In this document: one piece after another, positions 51,701-64,000 of the stretch
How the letters are laid out: each line of letters opens with the position of its first letter
How positions within the stretch are numbered: position 1 is the first letter of the stretch
From: Phoronis australis
Taxonomy: Eukaryota; Animalia; Phoronida
DNA length: 64,000 bases
Assembly: GCA_002633005.1 (NCBI GenBank)
Contig: NMRA01000274.1
Coordinates: 39,817 to 103,816, forward strand
Direction of reading: 5' to 3'
Notes under the pieces: model-generated
Seen by the model: only the letters and a program-made list of their open reading frames with translations
Database searches by the model: none
Told to the model about the DNA's origin: nothing
Translations under genes and position numbers: made by a program

Positions 51701-54700
51701 AAAAACATCTGCGTCTTTTTCATTGCTTAAGTCAATATCATCATTGCCTTTTTGTTGTTTAACATGCTATGAAGGCATGCTGTTCAGCCAGTCATGGTTG
51801 CTGTTAATTTGTTTCAGATGTGAAACCTCCTGCCGAGTCCTCAGTTAGAGACGATGAGTCATCGCCTCCTGTTGAGCACGAGGTCGTGGCTGAAAGTAGT
51901 CCAAAACCTCCAAGGAAGGTAAAGAGAACACACCTATGAAATATTAATTTCTTTAATATCAATATGTTGTTTTTTTTAATCGACGTGGTTGGAGAACTAG
52001 GAATGTTTATCAAGTTTATTAAAAAATGACTGATGGTGTCAAGTAGTATGAGTATCTGTAAGTCATTTTATTTTTTTTATTGATTCGCATCACAGAGATG
52101 GCAACATTTTGTAACTACAAATCTAATTTTTGGAGTTCTGTGAACACCCCGTACTTGAATATGACAGTTGTGCTTTAGCTTTACTCAACTACTAGCAATT
52201 TTGTTTTCATAATTCCCTGTTTGATTGAAGCCTTGTTTATTCTCATCCACATTTTTTTAAAGCAGCTTTAGACCCAGGTTTCCCATTCAGAAAAGTTAAG
52301 TGACAATCCAACTTGCTCAACGCATACAATGGGCCTGTGACAATCCAACTTGCTCAACGCATACAGTGGGCCTGTGACAAGCCAACTTGCTCAACACATA
52401 CAGTGGGCCTGTGACAAGCCAACTTGCTCAACGCATACAGTGGGCCTGTGACAAGCCAACTTGCTCAACGCATGCAGTGGGCCTGTGACAAGCCAACTTA
52501 TTGAAACTGATCTCAAGCAATTACAAATTATCAACTCTTTGTTTACCGATAAGTCACAACTAATTTCATTGGGGAGCAAGTTCAGACCTAATGCATTATG
52601 GCACGCAGTTTCAATACAAAGCCATTTTTACACGTGTCAGGTTTAAACTCACAGATGACATTTATTTCTGTTCAGATAACAACGAAAAGAGTTGACAATG
52701 TTGAACTTGCGTACTTTGAGTACAACATGTCCGACGGCACTCCCTGTGATCTGACGAATCAGCCCCGCAAAGCCTCCCTACACTACATATGCCAGCCAGA
52801 GGGTAATGGGGAAATCTACGAACTGAAGGAGACGTCGACGTGTGAATACGAACTAACCATACTCTCCTCCCAGCTGTGCAAACACCCAAGCTACAAGTGC
52901 GTTGAATGCATTGTTTCTTATTCTTGGAAGGAACGTGCGTGGTTGTAACTAAGCGCAGTGTAACTAAGCGCAGTGTAAATAAGCGCAGTGTAACTAAGCG
53001 CAGTGTAACTGAGCTCAGTGTTACTAAGCGCAGTGTAACTAAGCTCAGTGTTACTAAGCGCAGTGTAACTAAGCTCAGTGTTACTAAGCGCAGTGTAACT
53101 GAGCGCATTGTAACTAAGCGCAGTGTAACTAAGCGCAGTGTAACTAAGCACAGTGTAATTAAGCACAGTGTAACTAAGCACAGTGTAACTAAGCACAGTG
53201 TAACTGAGCTCAGTGTTACTAAGCGCAGTGTAACTAAGCGCAGTGTAACTAAGCGCAGTGTAACTAAGCACAGAGAGATAGTAATGATGATACTATTTTT
53301 AACTAAGCTCAGCCTCTTTCTGGCAGTAATACTGATTATAATATTAGTAATAACGATAATGATGATATTTGTAATAAACTCATCCATCGTTGTTAAAGAT
53401 CTATTAGAATCAGGCTACTCAGAGTTTGATGTAAAACTAACCACAAGAAATAATTGCCAGCAAGCAGGAGTCTGCCAAATTTGGTAACACTGTGAATCTC
53501 TACGCCCTCATTGTCAGCAAGCTTATTTCCTTCTATACGTGTGCAGGTCTCTGACTTCCTATACATTAAAATACCTATGAATGAAACACATATCGCAATT
53601 ATTTTTAATGATCTCTACAACTCTGTACTAATTACAATCATCTTAACTTCAACATTTAACTACAGTGAACTCCAATTCTCAGCATTAATGGTTCTTATGT
53701 TGTTCACAATTATTGCAGACCCAAGAACACTCCGGTGACAAAAATTGACTGTCATCCTGTGGATGGTGCTCCTAACAAGCCACGTAATCTGGTGAAGATT
53801 GACTCTGAGAGAGAAGAGTTCCAGAGACAGGTTGGTTCTCATATTGTACTTTGGTTGTGTTCTGATGTGCAAGTTTAAATCAGAACCCTTATGTCTGATT
53901 TATCGTAAGTTATCCAGTTTTAGTATAACTTAGTGAAACTGTTCGTAGTCTACCAAGTTTGCATGTTGTCAGTCTTTGAGGTCACACAAAGTCCTGTTTC
54001 CACACTTCTCCATTATAAACCAATGCATGTTGCTGCAGTCAAACGTGAAATATTGTAACAGTTGCCCCTTTTTGGCAACAGTCATTTACCGGGGTCCTGA
54101 ATTTTAAGAATCAGTTTCATGCCCATTCTTCAGTGGAGAAAACTGGTTCTCCCCTTTTTCTCACCACAGAGTCGGCCATTCAGGAAAGTCCAGTATAGGG
54201 TTGTTCCAAAAGCAACCCCCAAGGAGACACCACCAGCGCAGCAGTCAACTCAGACTGTAATCAGTGCACACACAGACACCCAGCTACTACGACAGCTGTT
54301 GAGTGGGGACTACTGCCTGAAGGGGGTAGGTGTCGCTTGATTCTAGTGTTTGGTTGTTCACCAGGTCACAAATCTCAAGATATTTTTTTCTGTTATTTTG
54401 CTTAATGTTTAGAACATCAAATGAATATCTTAAATTAGAACATAGTATCCCCATGCTTGATGTTGGCCCCTTAAATATCCTTTTTCAAAAGTAATTCTGT
54501 TAAATTTTTAAAAGAATTTGATATCTTGTACCATTTTGAAAGATGCTTCGTCTAGTTTGGTTTGTGTTAAAGTTCATTTGATATTGTTAAAAGAATTGAA
54601 GTGAACTGAAATTTTTGAAAAAATTAGAAACTAGAGAATACAAAGTAAGGTGGGATAATAAGAAGCATTTTCGTGAAAGTTTTTGGTTTACACAAACAGT

Positions 54701-57700
54701 CAGTGATGTTTTTCTGTTGATTCAACTGCCATATTCATCCAATCAATTATTATCACTCTTCGAAAGTCACTTCAAGCAAAATGTTATTTTCATTAACCCT
54801 GCATTTAATAACTGGTTGAGGTATCAGATGACATGGTGGATGTGAGTGGTTTCAGGCTGATGTAGGATGATAATTGGATTTGAGGTCTGTGCGTACAGCA
54901 ACCCGTCTGCAGTTGTTATTGACTTTTGTTTCAGGGTATTGGTTGGTGGAAGTATGAATTCTGTTTCGGGAAATTTGCTCAACAATTTCATGAGGTGAGT
55001 TTTTTCTTCGTCAGAATAGCGTTTTGCTTCTCCTCTCGGTTATTTCAATACGTATCTACTTTGTTGTTGTTTCTCTTCGAGGTGACATTGACCTTGTTCT
55101 TCAGGGGAGATAATGACCTTTTTCTTGTGGGAAGTCAATATGGGCATCTTCTGCAGGAGTTTGTCGAGGAAGCATATTTTGTACTGAAGGCCACTAGCAC
55201 CCTATATATCATAACATATATGCTTTGTTTAGTAACAGTTGGTACGTAATGTGAAATTTATTAACATTAATCTAGCAATCTGTTCGATGACTTCTGCCAG
55301 TTCCGTGAACTTCAAGACAAAATACTAAATACAATCATCTAAGATTTGACATTTCGGCAATAATAAGAAATTCTGCAATATTCCCTAACATTCTGTAATA
55401 AGTTTCGTTTTCATGACTGCTATCAAAATGGAGTTCTGACTCATATTAGCATAATAAGTTTCATTTTCGTGACTGCTATCAAAATGGAGTTCTGACTCAT
55501 ATTAGCATACAACGGAGACACTAGCAAAAATGATATTCATGCTTTATTAATCGGCATATTTCAGATGGGATGAGTCGACACTTTGTATCACATGCCTGTG
55601 ATGTAACATAGTGTGGATTGAATTGTGTTTCTGAATCAGTACATTGTGCAAATGAAAAGTTTTGTCTGAATTAACAGTTTTTCATATGGCCAAAGTCCAT
55701 AAAATCACCATTTTGTAATTGAGTTGTGTTGCTACAAGCAGGGTAAAATTTGATTTTTCGTTGGTGGTATCGTACAAGGGAGACAAATCCTGTGGCTTGT
55801 ACATACCGAACCATTTCAGTTTTTCAAATACTGAATATGCTTTAGCTGTGTAAAACCTAAATCAGTGTTTCGGAATATGATAGATAAGCAATGAACTAAA
55901 ATGGTGTATGATACAGTTACTTGAACTTTAATTGAGAAAAACTTTTATGAATTTTGTGTAGTACACTGTGACGTCAACAGCTATGAACATATTCGAATAA
56001 TGTTTGTAGTTTAGTGCGGTAGTAGCCTTTCATTAACACAACAATATTTACAGATAAATATCGTTTCCACATCCTTTCAGGAGTGCACTGCTACGCAGGT
56101 TGGGTTTAAATCATGCACATTCAAATTCTTAATTTTGTCTTTTGTAACGAGGTAATTTATACTTCAGGTGGCGTGCTGATCAGACTTAAAAATGTTTGCG
56201 ATATACAGTTCCACTCTGGTTTAAGAATTACATATTTAGATAATTTATTCTTCGATGTTTAAAAGTTATAAGGGCTGTTCCAGTAAAATCCGTGTGGGAG
56301 GGGGGGAGGGCAGTAGTAATAAAAATTCATGGGTGGTGGTCTTCAGAAAAAAACACAAATTATGGGTGGTCATTCCTGTAAGAAGTGATGCATTAAAAAT
56401 GGGTGGTATTTTTTGACCTGTAAATGTTGACAGGTTGGTTACTTCAGCCGTCTAAACTCAAAAAATGCAATTGGCAAATATCCTAACTTATACAAAAAAG
56501 CCCATATTGCCAGTGAACAGAGTGCAATATGTTCACTAAGCCATTAATCAAGTCATGGGCAACTTGATTTAAGCCAACTATTTGTCTGCAGTCCTATTGA
56601 ATTGAACAGTTATGCAACACTAAACTGGTGTTAACACATATAAGAAAATTGATGATTTTTAAATAAAAAGTATGAGGAGTAAGATAAACAAGTTCCAATA
56701 TTCACTTGACATAGAAGTATAAAAGAGTTCGTGGAGACAGTTTGAGATTCATAGATCCTTGTAAATGAAAAAATGTTCATTGAAATTATAGACATATGGT
56801 GAACAGAGACATCTGGTGGCTGCCAAAAGTATTGCTCACAGGCTACTTTAGTTTTTGACAATATTGGTCAAGACAACTAGTTCTTGTCTGTCAATCATCT
56901 AAGTTCTTAACAGGTCCTCCTGGGGGCAATTTGTTTGCAAGTGTTGGATTTTATATTTTAACCTATTAAAAATAATTAAAAAATTATGGGTCATGGGTTG
57001 GAGAAATAAATGAAAAATATGGGCGCCTTCCCCCCCTCCCATACAGATTTTGCTGGAACAGCCCTAAGTGGTTCCTGAGATATATGGACCCTGTCATACC
57101 AAACATGTCCTTAGAACGTCCGAGCCCATGTTCAGATATTCATGTAACAGGTGGGGGGGGGGCATAGAAATGTGACACCGTCCACTGTGCTCATGCTCAA
57201 ATTTAGCAACGGTTGGTCTGTTCTTGTTTTTGAGAGACTTCTGAAAACTGCCTTGGTGTGGCAAGGCCCGTATAATTAGGAACTGTGTACTACGGCAAAC
57301 ATTTCTCCTTTATGGGTGATATTTGTTTCCCCTTGCTGTAGGAGAATGGCAAACGAACAAACATACTGCTAGGAAAATGGGACAAAGCAAAACACCTGGA
57401 GTTTTTGCGGAAACATCCTCAAAAACAACACAAGCCCCATCAAAAGTAAGTAAAGCGTATAGTTCATGTTGCCACCAACAGAGGTCTCTGAAGACTCGGC
57501 TCATACTGTTGTTGAGTGTCAGCTTTTTGCTATTCTTTGAAGTATGAAAACTGTTAATCTCACTTAACCATTTTAGTTTACAGTAAAAGAAAACTGGCAC
57601 AAAGCGGTTGTCGAATGTTCAAGATTTTGTGACACTTAATGTTTTGGTTGTTCTCAGCAATTATTAGTTGGTAAAACTTTGGGGAGCTTTAAACAGATAA

Positions 57701-59502
57701 GAAAGACCTGACAAGACTGCTTGATGAAATTTTTTATGCAATGAATTTATGAATCCAGGTTGCAATTCTACACTGCCTTTATGAAATAATAGCTAACTCT
57801 GTCTTGCTCTGCATTTTCAAAAATGTTTCCCTTGATTGACTGTGTGGTTTAATTAGATTGCGTACTCCAGTCATCTTTGAACACTCGAACTCCGTGTCCT
57901 CTATTGGTGTGTTGTCATTAACTAGCCTGTTGTTCTTGGATCTGGTCGTTTTTCATTTGTCATAGCCCACAATTTGATGGACAATTGGATTCTTTTGTGA
58001 AATTTCTAAGGAAACAAATACAAAGACAATTTCAGTCTAACATTTCATTGGTTTGTTCTGTCTAGATGTCATGAAATAACATTTGGGAAAAAAATTTCCA
58101 TTACTGGCATGAAGGTAAGCAGCCTTTCCACAGTAGAAAAGTGATGATTTTGGCAATTTTTAATGTGAAGTGATGATTTTGTGCAAAATAAGTGAAGATT
58201 TGCCATACAAGTTGTGTGTTGCATCTCACAGTCTTGCAGATGTTTGAAAACTAATTTGCAAAGCTTGACATCTATTCAGCCAGATGCTGGGCACAGTTGG
58301 AAAATGTGTATGGTAAAAACTCTCCAGTGGCGGACAATTATCTAAAATATGGGACATCGGAATTCAATCTGAAATTGTATTTTCTGAAGTTTGGGACGTC
58401 GGTGATTTTGACGTTCATGCGTTTCGTATCAACAGAAGTTGAAAATAGACTTGGCAGTTCAGATACAACATTTTCACTTCACAAGTCCCCATATAGTATA
58501 CAACATCAAGGTGAATGGCCATATTTGTCATAGATTGTAATATTTGATTTGAGTCAGCTAATATTGACTATTTGTAAAATTTGAAACAGCCTCCGACCTC
58601 ATGAAAAATCATTACATTGCCCAAACTGGAGGCTATTTTGTCCTAGGCTATGTGTAACATGGATGGAGATCTGTGATTATATTACACTGGAGTCATTGAT
58701 AAAGAATTTTCTACTTTGCAGATCACTGAATTTATATTACACTGGCGGGGATATATGTGATTTAACAGGAGAACACAGAAATGTTGAAGTTAGACTAAGG
58801 TGAGAATTATTTATATTAAAAGTAAATATCGGTAACGTCTGTCCACGACACATACTGATTGTGATAGACGTGTGTTTATTGATATCCTGATATTGATAAT
58901 GCCAGTCCATTCTGTCCACTGTTCATATGTTGATATTGATAACACTTTCAGATGTAAAGATGACTCACAACACCCTCATGCTGTGTCTTTGTTTCTGCTG
59001 GAACCGTCCGTCTGCCAATATGTTCTTGGGGTGAGGAAGGATCTTGGCTTTCAATAATACTCATTTTGTTCACACTCATAGTGTTCTGAATGCGAGTGCA
59101 ATATAGTTTTCAATACCTGTTTACTCGCCTATTTACTCAGTTTGTTGAGGGAGAACCTTTTCCTTTTTGAAAATCACTACAGCCTCTTCAAAAGTTACTA
59201 ACTGCATTTAGTTGTTTTTCCTATGGGCTGGATAAAATTTCTGTTGTTAAGCCAAGTTAATTTTCAAAAGGATGATGAAAATGAGATATCTTTGAACAAC
59301 TTTTCAACATTACAGACTATTCATTAAATGAAGTGACTTTTAGTACTGAAAACAACAATGGTGAAATAGTCATTACCAGTGGGTGCCACAGTCTAATAAA
59401 AGTGCTTCTTATTTATTCCTGAAGGTGGAGTCACCTATTCTGTGTCAGGTGATTGAAAGAGCAGACGAGAATGGAATTGTGCAAACAAAGGATCTGCCCT
59501 GA
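45795..59502 (+). CDS. ERLEC1: Endoplasmic reticulum lectin 1 (XTP3-B/erlectin), two MRH (PRKCSH) domains, ~476 aa, 14 exons
   Basis: Exons 45795-45932, 47497-47601, 48361-48441, 51023-51100, 51529-51568, 51818-51918, 52676-52896, 53719-53830, 54170-54325, 54935-54994, 57342-57445, 58722-58799, 58952-59030, 59425-59502; total 1431 nt in frame. Motifs [94 protein letters not shown], ADENG. Confidence 0.93.
46056..46190 (-). mobile_element. Helitron-like 3' end repeat, copy C
   Basis: Hairpin CACCATCTC..GAGATGGTG followed by a terminal CTAG on the minus strand. Confidence 0.6.
48736..50405. mobile_element. Kolobok-type non-autonomous DNA transposon (1.67 kb) in ERLEC1 intron 3
   Basis: TTAA|AGGAGAATGCCACC ... 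GGTGGCATGCTCCT|TTAA, with a decayed minus-strand ORF containing GYQFEQEYSDEE. Confidence 0.8.
52300..52499. repeat. 37-bp minisatellite, ~5.4 copies
   Basis: Unit GTGACAAGCCAACTTGCTCAACGCATACAGTGGGCCT. Confidence 0.95.
52944..53273. repeat. 15-bp minisatellite, ~22 copies
   Basis: Unit GTAACTAAGCGCAGT with variants. It explains the repetitive spurious ORFs here. Confidence 0.95.
55397..55509. repeat. ~55-bp tandem duplication
   Basis: TAATAAGTTTC..GACTGCTATCAAAATGGAGTTCTGACTCATATTAGCATA occurs twice. Confidence 0.9.
56272..57064. mobile_element. PIF/Harbinger (Tourist-like) MITE
   Basis: ~35-bp TIRs GGGCTGTTCCAGYAAAATCYGTRTGGGAGGGGGG with TAA TSD. Confidence 0.85.
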
Positions 59503-62414
59503 GAGTGCATGACATTTTATGTTCATTCTTTGCATTGTACAAAATCATTCACATTGTAAAAATCTTTTAAGGCAGAGTTTGCGATCCTTGCTGTAATAAG
59601 TTACATGGCAAGCGCTTTCTATGACAGTCATTATCCCTGAGTTTCTCACTTGTTGTTTGCGATGTCTGTTGATTGCTCTGTGCAGCAAGCATTTGTGCCA
59701 GGAAACCATGATGCTGTTTAAAGCCCATTGTGTTATAGGATGTTATCAGTCGTGTCTGATTACCCAATGTTCTCAATGGATTATGGTGTCATCGTTCCTG
59801 TTAGGAATACCTCTTGGTTCTTATTTTCAGCAAAATGCAGGTTTTATTTTAGTGACTATGTGGAGTGTCCTCAGTTCATACTTAACCTGTTTGGGATTTT
59901 ATTTCAATGCCTTGATGGGTTGTCCTGAGCCAGTACTTTACCTGTGTAGGATTTTATTGTAGTGGCTGAATACAGTGTCCCTGGTTTATAGGTATTGAAT
60001 GCGATCTCATGATGAAGAATCATTTGTTCATATTATCTCAAAACATCCTCATTTTATGGTTAGTACATTCAGAGCATTTACTTCAGTGATCAGAGACACC
60101 TTTGGGCAAGAAACATCAACAAATTTTATGGAAATTCGAGATAATTTTGGGTAACATTTGTTAACGTCTACTAACAGAACTACCCAATACCTCGCTGTAG
60201 AAAACGGAGAACTGCGTAAAATATCCATTAGAGTATAACAGATTTTGTTTGCACACGCTGCAGTTATGACTGTTCTGTTCTGAATACATCACATAGAATT
60301 CGTTCAGTGTCGTATAAACTTACTGTTTAGCTTGCAAAGTACAAAACAGAAGGTAACAGGCCATTATGCACCAGAATTGCAATAACATACATTCTATCAA
60401 AATTTGTAAAGGAAACAAATTTTGCATGTGGTGTAATCAAGGATGTATCAGTTCCTGTTCTGAAGTCTCTAAGGGTAAATAATTGTTCCAGTATTTATTA
60501 ACAACTGTGAAAGGATAAATATAGAATAAAGCTGATTGTCGTTTCTGTTCTTCCGGTTTGTCAAAATGGTCGCGCTACTAAAATGCATTCAGCTGCTCTT
60601 GTAAGGAAGCACAATGTGTATCACGTCGTATTTACAAAATAATGCGGAAAGGTCTCAAGTTGAACTCTCCTTTTTGCGGAGGTAGAGAAGTGCATTTTGT
60701 TATTTATCAAGCTTACGCTGGCTGCTAATACACTTCTGAGCCAGGTCAGACAAGTAAAGAATTACATATGCCCGCCCTCTCAGATTGTCAATTGTTACAA
60801 AATGGACAAAATAGTGAACTGGAATATTAAAATATGCCAGTTCACTATGCAACACAACAGCAAGACACCACTGGCGACACAATAACAAACTAATTTTGAT
60901 GTAAAATAGAGAATCGGGAAAATCTGATAAGGTTTTGTAGCTGAAAATTTTGAATTGGACACTGCATAGGTTTTATATCCATCCACATTTCGGGTTACAA
61001 CTGCACCTCGTCCTCATTTAGCCAGCTGGACCATTCCACTGAAATGTTGGTAAAATACCTTCTTTTCATTAATTAAGTTTCTCAATTTAGCTTGCAGTAG
61101 TTAGTAGTAGAGTTATGAACTTCCTGCGTGAAACGAATATTTGGGAGCCAGCATTATTATCTAGTGCGTTGTTAGTCTTGAGATCAACTCATCACTTCCT
61201 TCCGAAGATGGGATGAAAGTGACGTCATGCATAGATAAGATTTTTGAGTGAATTTGTGCCTGTGTTTAGTTTCATGAGAATTTGGGGTCTGTTCCCCGTA
61301 AACTGGTCTTGATCTACACACAGCTATTTCTGAAAAATCATAAACAAAGTCTGCGAGAGTATACCAGAGATAACTTCTATTAAATTGTTTTTAGGCTGGT
61401 GCGCTCATAATTACTTGGCTAAACTTTTATTCACTTACTAAGAAAGTGGGGATGCTAGACCAAATTTCTGCCTCAAGTTTTGAGACTTCATGAAACATAC
61501 CCCAGGTCTTGGTTGTGCTCCCATTTCGCAACTCCTGACTAAAGGGTTTACCCAAGTAATTACAAGAGCATCAGTTTAGAAATAATTAAGAAATTCTCTC
61601 GGTGACTAGCAGTTACATATACATACATACATAGGTACGTATATATTCGCAGACTCCCATTTTTGTCCTAGTAAGATTTAATCGGTTTTCAGAAAATGTT
61701 TGTGTGGAGCACAAGACCTAAGTTCTGACTCACTACTAAAATGACTACGTGAATAAGGCACTTGTCATCATTCAGACAAGCTCAGTGCTCCTTTGTGCAA
61801 TGGGCAATTAAGATTTTCACCAGGAGCTAATAAACAAAACCATTTTATGACATATAGAGATCAGAAAGCAGTTCATCAGCATGGGGCAGTAGCAAGACAA
61901 GGGAACCACGTAATTTACCTGAATACAGGCATTTCTATGGGAAGGTCTCTTGCTTCACTAGACACCTAGTGATTTTCCAATTCCCCCGTTTTTGTATTAC
62001 CAACACTCCTGAATCCTTTCTACTTGTGTTGCAGCAATGTGAGCGTAAATCAACAGTCTGCATTTCATTCACCACACAGGCCGCAGATTAAAATAACGCC
62101 ACAAGTTTATGTATAAAGTTTATGCACAATTTACAGCAAGGTTCAATACAATCATGGAAGGAGGTTTGCCATCTATCTTACAAAATTAGCATACATGCAA
62201 ATGTACAGATTGGTGTAAGTAGGCCCCGGCCAGTATGCGATCTTCCTATGCTACAACAGATGCATAAAGCTACAGGCCTCATCTTAGAATGCATGCAACT
62301 GAAATCACTACAACTACTAGATTCATATGCACACTCCATTGTGCTCGCGTCTCTAAGCCACCTGCACGAAAGCACAACACGTTCACAACTTAACATTCAT
62401 TCCTGCACCCAGTA

Positions 62415-62624
62415 TTAATCGAACCGAGAGGCAAAAAGCTTAACAGCAACCGTGTTCTTTTCATTTTTGTCAACATGCCTTTTTATCGCGACGTCTTCCG
62501 ACTTCGGTGCAGGAATCTTCGTGAAACGGAGCCACAATGACTTTGTTATACCTTGCACACAATAAGACAAAACCTTAGAAGACACCGTTCTTGTCTCGTC
62601 CATCTCAACATCAGTTTCACAACC
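62415..62624 (-). CDS. Possible terminal coding exon of an unidentified gene entering from the right
   Basis: Acceptor-like ...TACTATAG|GGT, then an open frame GCETDVEMDETRTVSSKV...FASRFD*. No homology recognised. Confidence 0.2.
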   Translation of the reverse strand, partial: GCETDVEMDETRTVSSKVLSYCVQGITKSLWLRFTKIPAPKSEDVAIKRHVDKNEKNTVAVKLFASRFD

Positions 62625-64000
62625 CTATAGTATACGTACAGAAAATCAAAAAAAGAATCCTTCAATTATTCAGAGGAAGACAGTCGATGGAATTGTGATC
62701 CACTATTTAGGAAGGCACTGGCAAAATTGCAATCAACAATCATTTTACCACCAAAGGTATAAATCTCTTGAATAGTCAGTTATAAGTATAAAACGCACAG
62801 CTCACAGAATTAAAATTTTGCGAAAAGACGAGACGCAACTGATTAAAAACAAAAGGCTGAATTACTATTAGTAGATTTGTCCAATAATTGCACTTTTTCA
62901 AATAAACAGGCACATATTTTGAAACAAACATGTAGATAACCAGATTGAATCTTAACAAATACACCACTGAGTATCTAGTCGATATAAATGCAAAACTGTC
63001 TTGAACACAAGTTCTACAATACATGTATTTAAGTAAAACCAACACGAGATAACAAGCTGACGAGTAGTAAGTAGTAGCCATTAACAATGGACGTCCTACG
63101 ACAGTACGAGATCGTGAAATTCACGGATACGTAATGATATGTGCAACAGCTAGAGCAAGACTGGAGAGAATTCCTCTATTAAAAAATTACCCTAATTACA
63201 ACTGCATTCGCCAACAGTTACCAAATTGGACCACAACAAAGAAAGCAAGTCAACAACCTAGAAATTTACAATTTTCGCAACTAGAACTTAATTACACAAT
63301 TAGAAGGAGGCGGGTCGTCTCCCACCTGATTAATTACAATTTTAAGACATTCTCCGACAACTCCTCTCAGTGTGACCTGTTTGCAGGGCGGCTGCTACCT
63401 ACTACCTAATACTAGTACGTAAACATGAAACCTTTACAGATAAAATAAACACAAAGAGAGAGAAAAGCACCATGATTTGACAAAGTCGGAAAACCCAGTT
63501 CTAAGCTAGTAATATATATCATACGAAAATCTCATTTACAATATACACAAAAAATAATTGTTCAATATAAAAACTGTCACCACTTCGCTAACTCCCATAG
63601 TACGCGCACGTCACTCTTGGCGCGTCAATAAAGTAGATTGCCCACGTAAGGTAGGTCAGGTTTTGGTGTAATGCTTAAAAACGACCAATAGGCCACCGTC
63701 TCTCTGTGTGTGTAAACAAGTGTACATCGAGCCCTCGCAATGAAGGAAAACAGGAAATAAATTAGAAGACCCGGCGAGGTGGCCAGACCCAGATGACTAA
63801 CTAATAAATATCTAAAATATAATTTCTACTGTAGGATTAAGTACAGCTCTACTAAAACAATCACCAGGTGTCGCCACCGAACGCCGGGTCTCCGCAACAA
63901 GCGACAGCAAAAGCTGCCTCGTCAAGTTAACCCAAACTGCTTCGCGACACCAAACACTCAAAGGCATATCACATGTCGACACATCACCCAAGTTGCTACG

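Noticed and set aside
52300-52499. 37-bp repeats as a CRISPR array
   Set aside because: No unique spacers, no cas genes, eukaryotic intron.
52662-53487. Long repetitive ORFs (VTLRL, KRSVT, LSYTA repeats)
   Set aside because: They are translations of a 15-bp intronic minisatellite.

Overview
AT-rich, intron-rich eukaryotic DNA, probably from a marine invertebrate (inference), with one 933-N scaffold gap (37206-38138) and a single N at 23717. I assembled three spliced genes by hand, all with GT-AG introns and consistent phases. (1) A secreted stand-alone NIDO-domain protein with a Cys-rich tail (+, 4914-13228, ~365 aa). (2) TMEM87 (GOST/LUSTR 7-TM family; -, 17998-45412, 17 exons, ~606 aa). 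Two of its exons lie in a ~2.35-kb tandem duplication that is probably an unmerged haplotype. (3) ERLEC1/XTP3-B (+, 45795-59502, 14 exons, ~476 aa), head-to-head with TMEM87. Introns hold many non-autonomous DNA transposons and minisatellites. Most notable are a complete 495-bp miniature LTR retroelement whose LTRs carry a tRNA-type Pol III promoter (tRNA-Ser PBS, PPT, 5-bp TSD), two hammerhead-ribozyme-like motifs (one just past the likely TMEM87 poly(A) site), and Helitron-like ends placed mirror-symmetrically around the shared TMEM87/ERLEC1 promoter.
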